Assembly (NCBI GenBank): GCA_020137815.1
Contig: CM035352.1
Location: 4,402,001-4,466,000, forward strand
Reading direction: 5' to 3'
Length of the DNA: 64,000 nt
From: Hormiphora californensis
Taxonomy: Eukaryota; Animalia; Ctenophora
Shown here: piece after piece, positions 49,169-63,750 of the stretch
How positions within the stretch are numbered: position 1 is the first letter of the stretch
Layout: each line of letters begins with the position of its first letter
Notes under the pieces: model-generated
Databases searched by the model: none
What the model saw: the letters and a program-made list of their open reading frames with translations, nothing else
Told to the model about the DNA's origin: nothing
Program-made: the position numbers and the translations under genes

Positions 49169-51150
49169 AGAGAGAGGGGCAAATATATGACTTGGATTAT
49201 GACCACTACCGTTGACTATATAACATAGGGCTCACAATCTCTTCTAGCGCCCTCTGGCGACACAGCTCTCTCGTATTAACATAGCGAGAAAGAGAGAGAG
49301 AGAGAGATCGAGAGAGAGAGAGAGATCGAGAGAGAGAAGAGAGAGAGAAACAGAGGAAGAAAGAGAACTCACTAGCTACTCAGCAGCAAGACTCAAGGTG
49401 GGAAATCACGTCTATCTTCTAAACGAACAGTCATTCTCCACCTCTCAAATCCAACGGATTTAAGGCTTGGAGAGGATGCAAGAACCCTAGTACGAAGAAT
49501 TGTTGAGTAATATTAGGGGTGAGAACAAACGAAGAGCCTGGATAATCCTGCAACCAAACGAGAATTACAAGCCTCATTTGCAACAGTAAGGGTAACAACG
49601 TGGGAGCCCTGGGCTCTATTAAGAGGAGCTGTAACAACTTTGTGACAGCAGTTAACTCGTTTACTAAAACTCTTACAACTTCAAACTTTCCAAATTCCAA
49701 CTACGAAGACAAAACTACATCAAACAAGGAGAGAGAAAGGAGGAGTGGTTTTTGGAGTTTGTATGCCACAATTTGATATGTGATGTGTGAAACTAGATGA
49801 AGCGGGATGAGGGCTTGATGGGGATCGTGTAGCCTATAACAACTGAGAAACTGATTCGAGGTGATGTGTGAATAGCGGTGTGACCTTTAACTCGAGAGAT
49901 CCAGTTAAAAACACCCGGACCACGCGTGTGTATAGCGAGATAGTGCGAAAAATAAAGTGTGATCCTGATTAGAGCTACCCGGGTCTTCCAAAAACTCAGA
50001 TATATCTCACATCTTGTGGGAGCTGACACTTACTTGCTAAGCGAGGAATAGTTAGAGAGAGTGTGTGATTATAGTAGCAGTTGGTTTCAGACAAAACAGT
50101 TAGGTATCTCTCCCGATTTCTCTCTCTCGATAGATGCGCTGCGGCTCCCCCGGTGCCTTCTTCCGCGTAGTCATAGCAACTCACGTGACACATGGTCAGG
50201 TATCACGTGGTACACGTTTTCCTAGCCCCGGCACATTGGTCACGTGGTACTATATACCTGAAACAAAAACAATAACAATAACTGAGAGCAATTCATCATT
50301 TTAATGTGTTCTACTACTTCTACACGTACACGTGTCGAAAGGGACCTTGGAGTATGGTGAGACAGGAAAGTGGGACGAAATGTGAATTGCGAGAAGAAAT
50401 CTGAGACGAAATGGGAGTACATGTGTGGTCAATGGTCATGTTTCATGCATTTGGTATCAGGCATTATCATGACGTCCAACGAGGGGGGGGGGGTGTGATT
50501 CGGACTATCTCGGATACGGGAAGGGGACCTGGGATCAGATGGAATTCAAACCCCTATTTCCATATATCACAGCGCTGATATCAGATCAGTGACGTCACAC
50601 AGAGAGGAAGTCCCATGGCTCTGAGGGGGACATGTTAGGAATTTGACTGCTAATCCTGAGGGGGGTCCAGGGGGGGGTCCCCTTCATCATGACAGGTGTG
50701 AACATTCCATAGTGTTGACAAATGCGTCAGAAGAAGGAGACGGGAGAGATTAAATATGAGCTCAATTGGTGTTACGACATTGAATCAAGATGATGAGATT
50801 GAAAGGAAGATTATTCAAAAAATTGTTGTTAGTACCAATAATTCCCTTGGGCTGGTTCAAATTGACAAAGTTTCAGCTAACCCCCATGCCCTTCTTGAGT
50901 ACCCCTTACTCAATACCGCATGTCCAGCAGCAATCTCACTTTTTCCAGCTACCTCGCTAGACTTGTTATCAGTATATTTCCTGGTAGTGCTGTATTGGTG
51001 CAATAAGTGGCGTAAAGCAATTGTTTTCTTAAAGCCAGTTCCAGTTCTTTGAGATGTATCCATTTGCCGCTCTCTCCCTAGGCTTCAGTAAAGATATGGG
51101 AGAGGGAGAGAAAGAGAGAGAAAGAGAGAGAGAGAGATAGAGAGAGATAG

Positions 51151-51191
<41 letters not shown>

Positions 51192-51308
51192 GAGAGATAG
51201 AAAGACGCTACTTTCAAGGAAAAGATGATAGCCCCACCCATTAAAAGACAAACAAAGACTCCTCCTGTGAGAATTATAACCATTTCGAGCAATAGGTTAG
51301 GTACACAG

Positions 51309-51384
51309 TTGGTTACGAAGTTACCCCTTGCCAGCGCGCGCGAAGGTCGCCCGGCGACAGAGTGTGAGGTGTCTTCGATACCAA
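51309..51384. mobile_element. Second copy of the 75 bp element, 9 bp TSD
   Basis: Reverse complement of 3238-3312 with few differences; flanked by ggtacacag on both sides. Confidence 0.8.
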
Positions 51385-52730
51385 GGTACACAGACGATAG
51401 CCAGAGACACTTAAAACGCATGCCGGTTTTTTTCCAAACCTGTGTTCAAAAAGAGACGTGTTTCAACGTCCGACTCCTTCCCCTCTCTCTCCACCTAAAT
51501 ACACATGTTGTAAGACACCGATAGCGTTGTTGTTGACAAATTGGGGGGAAAATTAACAGACTGATGGATTGGGATTAACGGATAATTCCGTAATAACACT
51601 CACCCCTCCTCTCTCTCTCTCTATCTCTTCCTCTCCCTTCCTCAACTTCTTCCACCAGTGCGAATTGCACTTTATCGACTAGATGTGAGATGCACCCGAG
51701 AGGCCCAATTGCTATAACCAGGAAGTGCTGCAGCCTCGCGTGCAAATTGTGCCAGATTGACCCCGATCATGCCATATCATTACCCCTAGCCTACCACGAA
51801 ACCCAAAAATGACTTGGATGTTTTAGAAAATGGTCGGAGCTAGTGGATGAGCGTGCACATGTGTGTCCTAGGATAGTCTGTATGGCGGCGCCATACCCCA
51901 ATTTGATTCTCAGTGACCTCAGTACCCCAATTTGATTCTCAGTGCGCTCAGATGGGGTCGCGGTGCAAGACAGAGGATAGTGGTCTAGGGATCGTTATGA
52001 GCGATATGTAGAGTAAATTTTAGTAACACCACAATCACATATATGAGCAGTGCACCGTTTAATTTCATGTAGACAAGAGAGTCACTCTCCATCTCTCTCT
52101 CAATCTCTCTCTCATCTCTCCACACCACATTCTCATCCTCTCTCTCTCCTCGTCTCTCTTCCCCTCTCTCTCTCTCTCTCTAACTCTAACATCTACTAAA
52201 GAGCATCATTAAGCTCTCTCCTCTCTCTCCTCTCATGCGCGTCCTCTCTCCCCTCATCTCTCCCTCTCCCTCTCTCTCTCTCTCTCTGATTAGTTGTGTG
52301 AGAGATCGATGCTGGTGCAATATGACTTTGCAGCACGATCCGACATATTACCACCACCATTTTGTAGTTGCTATAACTTACGCAACTTGTAGTTTTAGTC
52401 AGTAACATATGATTTATGTTTTGTCATCATTTTAGTAACCATTTTGGTTGCTAAATTAGAGCCGCTACTCAAATTGACTACCAGTCTGGGCAGTTCCACA
52501 GCCGAAAATTGAGAGAGCAAAAGAGAGATTGTGAAATAGTACATTTTTAGTTCCATTGTTTCAATTAGGCGCTCTCAATCCCCCACACCATTTTCTCTAA
52601 CTCAGGGCTCTCACCCGCCCATTCTCTCTAACTCAGGGTCATTGTTGTTGTCCGATGCTCTACAGGTGTACGTCCTCTGATGGATTTTCAGGGATTAGGT
52701 CATGCCCTACTACTCTCTATCAGGAGAGAC

Positions 52731-52828
<98 letters not shown>

Positions 52829-53113
52829 CCGTGCTTTCTCTCGGGTATAAATTGGGTGTTATTATATTGGATTGACTCATTACCCATGGATGAATCAGTA
52901 GGCAAGGGACAGAGGAGAAAGAGAGAGAGATAGATAGATGGAGAGAAAGAGATAGAGAGATAGAGAGAGAGATAGAGAGATAGAGAGAGAGAGATCTCCA
53001 GGTCAGCCCAAAGACCCAAGGGTTTCGTACCTGTGCGTGTATAATGTGGGTTGATTTTTGTCTCTCCTAAAGTAAGATGATGATGATGATGATGAGGGAT
53101 AGAGAGGGAGAGA

Positions 53114-53199
<86 letters not shown>

Positions 53200-53225
53200 A
53201 GAGAGAGAGAGAGAAGAGAAGAGAG

Positions 53226-53268
<43 letters not shown>

Positions 53269-53373
53269 ACCATAAAGCTCAACTAGGGAAGCTTGAAGAG
53301 GAGGGAGCAGAGAGAAAGAGATAGTGCACTTTTATCGAGGACATGCCAAACTTTACACCTCTCAACGTTCACC

Positions 53374-53440
<67 letters not shown>

Positions 53441-55445
53441 GAAGAATGATCAGAGGGGAGAGAGAGGGGGAGAGAGAGAGAGGGAGAGACTGAAGGAACG
53501 GCAGAGCAAGATCGAGAAACTGAAAGAACGGGAGATTGAAACTTGAATGGGAGAAACTGAAAGAGGATTGATGAGGGAGACAAGGGGTAACAAGAAGATG
53601 ATGAAGAATATAATCTCTCGATTTTCTTATGTCGTCAACTCATTCTCCATGCACAACATTATTACCAGTGGACAACGACCAGTGAAACTCCTCCCCTTAG
53701 TAGCCATGAATCCTACCTTATTTTAGGTTTCATGTTCCCCAGTACAATGTCACATTGGCCACATGGTAAAACAATGGTTGGTATCTTATCATTTAGACCA
53801 CGTTTTTGGCGTTTCTGCTCTCTCTCGTCTATCTCGTGCTCTAGGCCCATTGTACGTTTTAGCTGCTCACCAGTCCCCCCACACATTGTAGGTTCTGAAG
53901 CTCAGTTTGTGGCACGTGCAACACTTGACACGTGTGTTTTTTATAACTGAACCACCCCCTGATCATAGTGCGGGGTTTCTATTGCAATTAAGGATGTCGA
54001 GCTCGTGCAACATGTCTTCAGGGGTGCAGCTGGTGTACGATATACTGTGAAAATGTGTGCCACACATCATGGGGTATTACTCATGTGGGAATTAGAAGTG
54101 CAGGTGGTGTAACAGGGATGGGGAGGAGTTGGGCGGGGGGAGGAGTTGGGCACTTGTAAACTTGGTGCGAGCTTTAGTGGACCACTTTACAGTGGAGGGG
54201 TAGTTGACGGAACGAAAAGACATGGGGATAGTGGATAGGAGTTGGAAAGTAAGAGAACAATCTGAATCTGATGATGTCATCATTGTAGTCTGTAGAGAGG
54301 ATCATGCTTGATTCGAGGGAGAGATCAGAGAGCAATAAATAATCGAGTATTTGATTTGGAGGGAGAGGATCAATTATAAATAGTAGTTTTCGGCGACCAA
54401 GTTACTTGAGTGCTTCTTCTCATTAGGAATTTTGAACAGTGGCACTCACTCGCAGGGGAGGAGCGTGCGAGAGAGCAGCGAGAGGAGAGAGAGACAGGGG
54501 GAGGGACAGGAGGAAGAGAAGAGAGGCGATAGCATAGGGGGGGGGAATAAGCGAGTAGAGAGCGAGAGAGAGAGAAGTGCCGCGAATGAGAAAGAGAGAG
54601 AGAGAGAGTCCAGAGAGCAGCGAGGAAGGAGGGCAGGGGAGAGTACAGCGAGGGGAGACGCCGCGGAGAGAGTCTCACGGCGCGCAGAGAGAGAGAGAGC
54701 AGGAGCTGTATCGATTCGCTAATAGTCAAAGATATGGCCTGTAATATCACGGGTAAATAATATGCCCCATTCATCACGCACCTGCTGTCGTTGTTGTAAT
54801 CACCCCCTCTATTAGGTGTTCTTCGTCTCCGACTACTTTCCCACTTCAATAATCCCATCCCCCTGAAGAGAGAGAGGAGAGAGAGAGGAGAGAGAGAGAG
54901 AGAGAGAGAGAGAAGAGAGAGAGAGATGAGATATAGAGAGAGATAGAGAGAGGGACTGAGAGAGTGTGTGTCCAGATTGATATCAATTAAGCACAAATAG
55001 CTTGTTTTTCTAGCGGGCACATCTGATAGGGGGAAAACAAGTGTCAATTATCTAACGAGCCACCTTGATAAATTAGTGTCAGTCAATCAATCTGAAACCA
55101 GTTAGTAATGTAACAAGACAGCTGAAGTGCTTGTCCCCATAGTCACCTGCCGATGACAGGTAGTCTCTCACTCGTCGCACAGTGCGGATAGAAGCATCTA
55201 TAGAGAAGCACCTTGAGACAGGTTAACAATGTGAGATTTCATGACAAGATAGCCTGATAAAATTAAGAATTCCAAGTTTTTGGACAGGAAAATTTCCTGG
55301 AAAGGGGAGCTGTGCAAGCGAAGGAACAGCGGGTAGGAGGCACTGACTGGACAGCCAGCGAGAGGGAGGGAGACCAATATACTATTATCGAGGTAACTCT
55401 AAAACTTGAGCTAAGGTGCGATGCCATGTACCCCTCGAGCCAGAG

Positions 55446-55541
<96 letters not shown>

Positions 55542-56383
55542 AAAGATCTGTGCGTTTGTGTGTCAGTTCGTCGGACCGTGTCGTGTATAGATGTGAGTCG
55601 TACAAAGTTGCTAATGCAACATGTTTCAATATTTTCTCCTATCCCCGCTAAGTGCACCATAAAACATGCTACTTGTTCGAACTCGATGTCTGGCGGCGCC
55701 CACCCGATCTGAGGGCACTGTAGTCAAACTAGAGATGCTAAGTACCTCAGTAACTCAGTCCTAAGGGTACATTGAAGCATGAGGGGCTCGTTCTCCCACT
55801 TGGACACACCGTCTGCTTCTTTCTCACTCACTATCTCTATATCTTTGAGAGGGTGAAGGGGGATTAAAAGTCTGAAGGCACTGCATGAACACATTAATTG
55901 TGACGGTATTCATCCATTAGTAAGGAAGGGAACGCCCCCCCCCTTAACGTTCTAAATTGAATGAGCATTGCTTCATAACTCTGTGATTTCACTACTCGTG
56001 CGAATCCATAATCCATATCTTCGTTGCCTTGCATCCCGGTGCAAATGAGTAGAGGGTTATAGATTTTAGAACAGAATTTGTGGTAGTCTGGTTGTTTAGT
56101 TTGCACCTGCCTGTAGCTGGTGCGGTACTACCATCACCGAGAACTAATGATTTATCTGATCCTGAAATAGATAGCATTGACCACCACTGATCAGTGGTCG
56201 ACCACATAGGGAGAGGATTATTGCTGTAGTAATTAGGGATTTAGTTCATGCTACAACATGGCAAACACCTGTTAGTATTTATAAGTACCATCTCAGCATA
56301 AGTTCATCCTAATAACCATCACTCATTTCCATGCGATACTACTTTTTGGTACTGGAGAGAAGATGCTACTATTTGGGTAGAAG

Positions 56384-57052
56384 ATGCTACTATTTGTCTC
56401 AGCTCTTCTCCTCTTTCCCCTAGGAGCCCTTCCAAGGAAAACACCAGACTCTTACTTCACCTTGACATTTCTGAAGGCCTATTTCTGTACTGGAGTATCA
56501 GAAGATCGGATCTGGGCGACACAGATTGAGGATGATGCTGTTATAAGATTCCTGGCGACAATTCACATCTTGACATTTTGTGAGGAACAAACCCTGCTAG
56601 CGGACCAGTTTTGGAGTGCGAGTTTTAACTTGATGAAGGAGGAGAGGGGAATGGTGAAGGTCTGTACAGAAGGCTTGTTTAGATCTGTTATCAATGCTGT
56701 AGGGAACGAACAAGATTTTACAGCGTTGTTCCTGGAAATGGCGGAGAAAACATGCGATCGGCTTGAGGACGGTGGTCTTAGGAACCAGTGTTATAGTTCA
56801 CCAGTTTGGCCTGCCCTTCGAGGGGTTCTTGAGAGGAGATATGCAAGACATGGGAGGAGGATGAAGCGGCAATTCAGTGAATCGACCCTGTTTAACTTTG
56901 TAAAGGCTATCAACAATGAGGAATTCTACAAAATGATGGAGTTAATGCATACCGAGATCAACACCCGTATTCTTCCACCCAGTATTTACGAGCAGTGGAT
57001 TAAAGTTGTGAATTGCCTCGCTAGGGAGTGGAGGAAGAAACACAGAGTCTGA
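56384..57052 (+). CDS. Intronless 222 aa secreted orphan protein with a furin-type site
   Basis: Signal-like MLLFVSALLLFPLGA; 6 Cys; RRMKR|Q motif; non-repetitive open frame. Confidence 0.65.
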   Translation: MLLFVSALLLFPLGALPRKTPDSYFTLTFLKAYFCTGVSEDRIWATQIEDDAVIRFLATIHILTFCEEQTLLADQFWSASFNLMKEERGMVKVCTEGLFRSVINAVGNEQDFTALFLEMAEKTCDRLEDGGLRNQCYSSPVWPALRGVLERRYARHGRRMKRQFSESTLFNFVKAINNEEFYKMMELMHTEINTRILPPSIYEQWIKVVNCLAREWRKKHRV

Positions 57053-58122
57053 TGTCAGATTTTGAGAATTTGAGACCGGAAGAACTGCATAATGTGATCC
57101 ATTTAAACTTTTGATGACGATAAAATGATGAAATTGTTTAAAAAGTATCCGCGTTTTATTGTTTCACTTTTAGTACCACACTATCTCTTTCACGATTTCT
57201 TTCTCTCTCAGATGCTTTGATCTCTCAGCTATTGTCGTAATCGTATCATGTGAAGAAGTGCAGTATATCGGTTTCCAAATCTCTCTCTGACTATAATACT
57301 ACTTCGGATCTATTTCTCTGTGTTCGCTCAATCAATACCACGCCGATTCCGCGCTAATCGGCATGTCCTTTGAACAATAGTCTTCACACCATTTGTTTTC
57401 CTGCATTGAGCCAACATGGTTGCAGTTGAGTGACGGTAGTAACGTTTAGATTAGATCACAGTCAGGAACTTGAGAGAGAAATGCATGGTCTCTAGCAAGT
57501 AGCGGATAGTATAAACGGAGCAATGTCAGTCTATAGTTCCTATAATAGGGCTATCTAGATAGGGTCACTGACCATTGGTCAGTGCACTTCCTAGATATGG
57601 TCTACTGTCATAACAAATTGATGGCGGTACTAATTCTAGTGAGAAGGGGGGAGGGGTTACCATGGTAACGCATGGAACTCAGCAGCATGCTGCTACACAC
57701 ACACTTAGCTCGGCCCCTTCATTTTCCTGAATCTGAATGCAGGATATATTATGTAACTTTATAGCCTACGACGCAATTTAGGACGCAGCTTCTAGATAAG
57801 AGTTTGTTGAGTCACCTGACACAGCTTTTTGCGGCCCACTACCAGCCTTACTACCATCAGCACATATGTTAGTAGGAACACTATATCAGTGCAGCAGCAG
57901 CCAGGATCTTTAGTAACAGCTGTCCCCCCAGATCAGGGCACATTCTAAATATGAGGGGTGCCATAATCCTGTTTGTGAATTTTACATATCTATCAGATGT
58001 CTTGTTTTACTCTTACCACCACTTGATAATACATAATATTCCTGTCTAGTTATTTCTTTCGAGCCGACAATACCCGACTTCACTTTGTAGTTTGCGGTGT
58101 AACGCCTACAACACTATCACAT

Positions 58123-58217
58123 TCCTTCCCATAGTTTGCCATTTCTTCCCATAGTCTGCCATTTCTTCCCATAGTCTGCCATTTCTTCCCATAGTTTGCC
58201 ATTTCTTCCCATAGTTT
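58123..58217. repeat. 20 bp tandem repeat (ttcccatagtttgccatttc)
   Basis: About 4.5 units. Confidence 0.9.
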
Positions 58218-58500
58218 GTTAGTCGGTCACAAGGTGGGGACTGGGGGTCAAAATGTTAAAACCATCTGATCTAGCAGTTAGATAGATTCTAGCTTGTCTG
58301 TGGTCTGTCTGACGTATATCCACGCTTTGTCTACCAGTATAGCTTTGTTAGATATTACTTACCGATAGATCTGTGACGCAACGTCCACTCATTTCCAGGT
58401 ACAGATCTGTTTATCTTGATCTGCTGTCCAGTTAGTTTTGACATTTGCATTTACCTATACTCCTGTAAAAGTGTTACTGTAATTACTGTAATTACTGTTA

Positions 58501-58594
58501 GAACCCTCCCTAATCCCTAGCAGTTGAACAGTAACAGCTTTACATGTAAAGCTGTTACTGTTACTGTTCAACTGCTTGGGATTAGGGAGGGTTC
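58501..58594. mobile_element. 94 bp palindromic TA-flanked MITE
   Basis: TA|gaaccctccctaatccc...gggattagggagggttc|TA; hairpin centred on ctttacatgtaaag. Confidence 0.7.
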
Positions 58595-60286
58595 TATCAG
58601 GGTTGTACTGCAGGTTCTAACAAAACACCACACACTCCAGGAGACATGTCAGATGTATTTTCAGACTCCTCCCTCGCTTCCTTTGCATCCCTCCGTTCCT
58701 CCAAAAGATACTCCAACCCGACCTACAACTCCAGGCATGGCAAGAGAAGGAACTTCCAGGCATCAAGCTACATCCAACAAGTTGCCGATATGCAACGCCA
58801 AAAGGAGCAGGTAGGAAGATGGAAATGAGATTTTAGGATTTGAGGTAGGAAGATGTGTGGAAATGAGATTTTAGGATTTAGTGCCAAGGGTGGCATTGTT
58901 GTTGTTGGAGAGAGAGAGTGAGGACGGTTGCTATGGCAACAACTATTAGGCTAAGGAGGGTGACCTAACTCAATGAATTTCACCAAGTTTCTTTTACCCC
59001 TTTGAGTGTATCCACTTTTCACTCACCCCTTCTATCTCTCCAGTTTTATCTCTTTCCAGAGAAGAATATATTGTTCTAACTAGTGAAGTTGCCCTCCATG
59101 CACTACTAATTCAAACTGTATCTCTTGTTATGCATTCTACTATGAAGCATCTACTTCAAGTAGTACTTGCTTATTATCAAAGAGTCAAGACCGACACACG
59201 TCCCATGGTTGCGTGACGGTGAAGTATCCTGGTACTTTTTAACAAGTACCATCCGGCAATCTCTATCTCTCTTTCTTTCCATCTCTCTATCTCTTTATCT
59301 TTCTATCTCGCGGAAGTTTATCCAGTGCGCCTATAATCCTCCACTTCTCTTAACTTGCCGGTGGGCCATTTTAAAAACTTTTTAACCGGTTCCAACTGCT
59401 TCACACGTGTTTAACGATTAGTTATTGCTTCTCTTTCCAGTTACTATTAGAAATACAGAGAAACAGGGAGAGAGAAGATAGAGAGCAAAATAGAGGGACA
59501 TAGAGAGACAAAGAGAGAGTCGAGGAGAGAAAGATATACCACTGATAGGAGACGTGGAGGGCGTCGTAAGTTGATAGAGTGCATGTCTCTCTCTTGATCT
59601 AGTCAATTCGTTAGAGATCTGAACTTTTCTTCTCCCTCCATTGTTAATTCTTTTGTCAACTGGCTCCTCAAGCTTTTCTGATCAGTTTCCAAAATCCCTA
59701 ATCACGTGTTGTTTTTATTTTTAATTAAAAGTTCCAGTTTCTGTCCACGTCCATTCTCCTTCATCATAGCTCCTCATATAATATAATATCCAATTGTCCC
59801 CTTCAAGGCAATAGAAGACCGGATAAGAGCGTACGACGCAGATTCCAGGATGATAAGCGAGAATGCCCTACGAAGCACAGTTATGGATGATGGTGGAAGA
59901 CATGGGATGTTCAAGACGGTGAAATATGCAAACACCGTTAATCAAACCTTCATCCCCCTTCCATCACGCAGTACCCGTCAACTTGTTTCCACTATCAGGT
60001 TAGCTGTTATAATGATCACCTGTATGGCGGCGCCATACCCCATTTGATTCTCACAGTGCGCTCAGATGGGGTCGGCGGCGGTTTCCACAATCAGGTTAGC
60101 TGTTATAATGATAACTGAGAGTTCTGGATGAAACCTCTCTAGGACTCTAGGAATTGTTGTCTCACAAAAGACTTACCCAGCCCTTTCCAAATCGGGCTCG
60201 ACATTATAGTCATGTATAACAAAGGGACGGTAGGGTGCACACTAGGCAAATCATTCACATCCCAAACATATTCTAATCCCCATGAT

Positions 60287-61227
60287 TAGTAGGGTCGGTT
60301 GTGGGAAGTTGGGTCTGAAATTTTAAATTTGACTTGCTGATATGGTTAGGGACTCTATAAAAAGTCCAAAGTACCATCCCACAGGTCTCTACCACCCCCG
60401 GTTCACTAATTAGCCGTAATTATGTGATTTATGACGTTATCGCCAATTAGCACTAATAATACCAGTTCCTGGTCACTTAGAGCTTAGATTTTGATACCAG
60501 CTGATAGAGGATCACTAGATTAGTGGGCATTCAAAATTTTAGGTGGATCGGAGTTATGGTCGAGGAGTTATAACCGTTTTTCCGTTTGGCTGGCGGTTGG
60601 CTGGCACCACGTGGGATTACGGGTTTAGGTCGTCGTGGGAGGTCGTCATTGGTCGCGTTCGATCGGGCTCGATGAGGTGATCAAAACCTAGTGGGGCCAG
60701 ACCTTGGCCCCACCCCGTTCTTGGGTTATTAGGCTTTTTCGGTTTTGGCGGGAAAATATTTTGGCGGGAAACCGAAAAAGCCCAATAACCCAAGAACGGG
60801 GTGGGGCCAAGGTCTGGCCCCACTAAGTTTTTATCACCTCATCGAGCCCGATCGAACGCGACCAATGACGACCTCCCACGACGACCTAAACCCGTAATCC
60901 CACGTGGTGCCAGCCAACCGCCAGCCAAACGGAAAAACGGTTATAACTCCTTGACCATAACTCCGATCGACCTAAAATTTTGAATGCCCACTAATCTAGT
61001 GATCCTCTATCAGCTGGTATCAAAATCTAAGCTCTAAGTGACCAGGAACTGGTATTATTAGTGCTAATTGGCGATAACGTCATAAATCACATAATTACGG
61101 CTAATTAGTGAACTGGGGGTGGTAGAGACCTGTGGGATGGTACTTTGGACTTTTTATAGAGTCCCTAATCATATCAGCAAGTCAAATTTAAAATTCCAGA
61201 CCCAACTTCCCACAACCGACCCTACTA
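60287..61227. mobile_element. 941 bp near-perfect fold-back element (~460 bp arms)
   Basis: tagtagggtcggttgtgggaag...cttcccacaaccgaccctacta; arms differ at only a few positions around a ~20 bp spacer; GAT (or TA) at both junctions. Confidence 0.9.
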
Positions 61228-62560
61228 GATTTTCAGCTCAATGAAACAGATAAGGGCGTGCGTTACAACCTTTAAACGGTCGGCAGGGATCTACCCAGTC
61301 CGGTCTACAACGACATCGAGTTCCAGGCTCACCAGTAGGGAGGGTCTTAGTACCAGGGGGAGCTCTCTACCCGCCTCTCTTGACAGCGGGGGACGGAGGA
61401 TCGCTAGACAGAAAAACAATAATAATAAGTCAAACCGGATACCGGTAAGAATCACTCATGGTCGCAATTACTGATCACTACCCTGATATATTTCGATCAG
61501 TAATTGCCATCAACTGGCCAATCCCATTACTTCTTAGAGTTGCATGCATGTCCGATTGGTAAGGGAATAGAAGATCTGAAGTTACCAAGTCGCATGAGCT
61601 GATCAATGTTTGTTTTAGCCAATGCCAATACAAGCACAGTTGAACCCCAAGAAAAGACAGTCCCAGTTGGTCAAATTTCCCAGTCTTCCCGTCACCTTCC
61701 GATGCCTAGAACAAAGTACGGATAACGGTCTACCCATCAGCTACTCGGGGTTCCTCTTGAACGAGGTATGGTTTTAAAATCATAATCCACACGTATACCC
61801 ACACATGTCACATCATAATCAAAATGTCATGTCTCCAAACTGCCTTTAGATACTTTTAATTTTAATATGTACAGCTAAATCGTTGTCCCATCGTTCCTTT
61901 TCTTTAGATTGTAATAATCCCCACCTTCCGCTCAGATCTCAGTCACGGCTGGGATGAATGGAGATGATTCCCCTAGAGCTGCAGAGAACAGGATCCCCAT
62001 AATGAGGGCCAGTGCACCCGCTGCACCTCTAAACAGGATCAGCTACGAGAAGATCAAGGAGAGGACTCAAAAAGTAAGACGAATCATGGGAAATACTTCA
62101 TGAGTTATCATACTACATGACTGTAATGTCAGCCCGATTCGGAGAGGACAGTCTTTTGGGAAACACCTCCTGGGGAGATCTTGAGGAGAGAGAGAGAGAG
62201 AGACTGCTGTATATCGGATAATCCCCACCCCATTATATTGACAATTTCAGAAAGATTTGCTTATGGAAGAGTAAACTGTAAAGTGAGAACTTATAATTCA
62301 CAGTCATGGTAGTTTAAATGCTAAGAAAAGACGGTCTCAGCAAGTCTGAAGTTATGATCTGAGTCGGACTTAGAAAAAGTCACATGAACTGTTTATCACG
62401 AGGGGATAACTATGTTTTTATTCCTGAAAAGTGTTTTCTACCCCTCTGTAATTTATTTTAGTTTCCACACTTGATAGTATCTGAGTAGTTAATTTATATC
62501 CAAATATACCGAACCACCACTTCAGTGAGATTGTTACTTTCACTAAAAACAGTGAGTTCG

Positions 62561-63750
62561 TTACTTTATGCTACTTCGAGGGCTCAGAGCCTGTGGCTTT
62601 GTAAGTCTCCTGATCGCTAGAGATGACCGGGTAGCTGCTGCTCCAGGAGGTGCTGGCACGGATAAGGATGACCTCTGGATATTCCTGATATCCGAGATGA
62701 GGCTGGCCCTCCGATCACCCCCTCCCCTCCGGGTGGCCCTCCTTTCCATCACTTGTTTCTGTAAAAATGCTGCTCTGGCATCGTCAGCGTCTTCGTCTTT
62801 CGGTTCAGCACACGTCACCTCTATCTGTGAGTGAGTGAGTGAGTGAGGGTGTGAGTGAGTGAGTGAGTGAGTGAGTGAGTGAGTGAGTGAGTGAGTGAGT
62901 GAGTGAGTGAGTGAGTGAGTGAGTGAGTGAGTGAGTGAGTGAGTGAGTGAGTGAGTGAGTGAGTGAGTGAGTGAGTGAGTGGGTGAGTGAGTGAGTGAGT
63001 GAGTGAGTGATTGCGAATGGATGCTAGATAAGTACACATGTCTCAGAACTGATTTAGTTTTACTGACTATTGCTGATCAGAGGGGGGTTGATCAGATGGG
63101 GGTAAATGACCACCAACACCCCACCAGCTGTCAATATCACTTACCACCAACACCCCACCAGCTGTCAATATCACTTACCACGAATTCCTGCCAGCCGAAC
63201 TTCTTGATAAATATCAGGCAGACGTAGCCAATGAAGAGGAAGATAAAGAGGAAAAGAGAAACCAGACTCTGCCATGTGCTGAGTTGTAACCCTTGGACAC
63301 ACACTGTCAGCTCTCTCTGAAATTATTTTTTGGATTAAAAGGGACACATACTGTCAAATATTGTCAACAAGTCAAATAGCTCTTTCCAAACCGGACACTT
63401 TGAAAAAATCCCCGGCAAAATTGATACACCCAGCCACTGGTGCAGCAAGGCAGCAGTATTTACCTCAAATTCACAATAGATCCGATCATTCTCCATATTC
63501 TTGTTAGTAAAAAGAAGATTAAAACAGAAACTGGGGACTCCCTCCTGGGTCTTGGGGAATACAGCTGAGCAGGGTGATTGTTCATTGCATGTCCAGGTAT
63601 AGTTGTTACCAGTTTCGTATAACCACACCGCACTAGATCCTCCGGTACCATTAGCATTGAACTTATCGATCTCTTCGTCACTGTAGGATGGGAATATAAG
63701 GGGGTTACCTGGTAGGATGAGAATGTCTGAATAAACCAGGATAACATTGT
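62561..63750 (-). CDS. Probable 3' exons of an unidentified single-pass membrane protein gene, with indels
   Basis: Cys-containing frame 63335-63628; hydrophobic FSFPLIFLFIGYVCLIFI followed by a gtaagt donor (~63175); final exon IEVTCAEPKDED...RSSIK* after an acceptor at ~62825. Confidence 0.4.
62829..63009. repeat. (GAGT)n tetranucleotide microsatellite
   Basis: About 45 units. Confidence 0.97.

Noticed and set aside
61240-62150. Possible decayed retroelement coding sequence (also 48210-48660 and 53640-54290)
   Set aside because: No diagnostic motif could be read in any frame.
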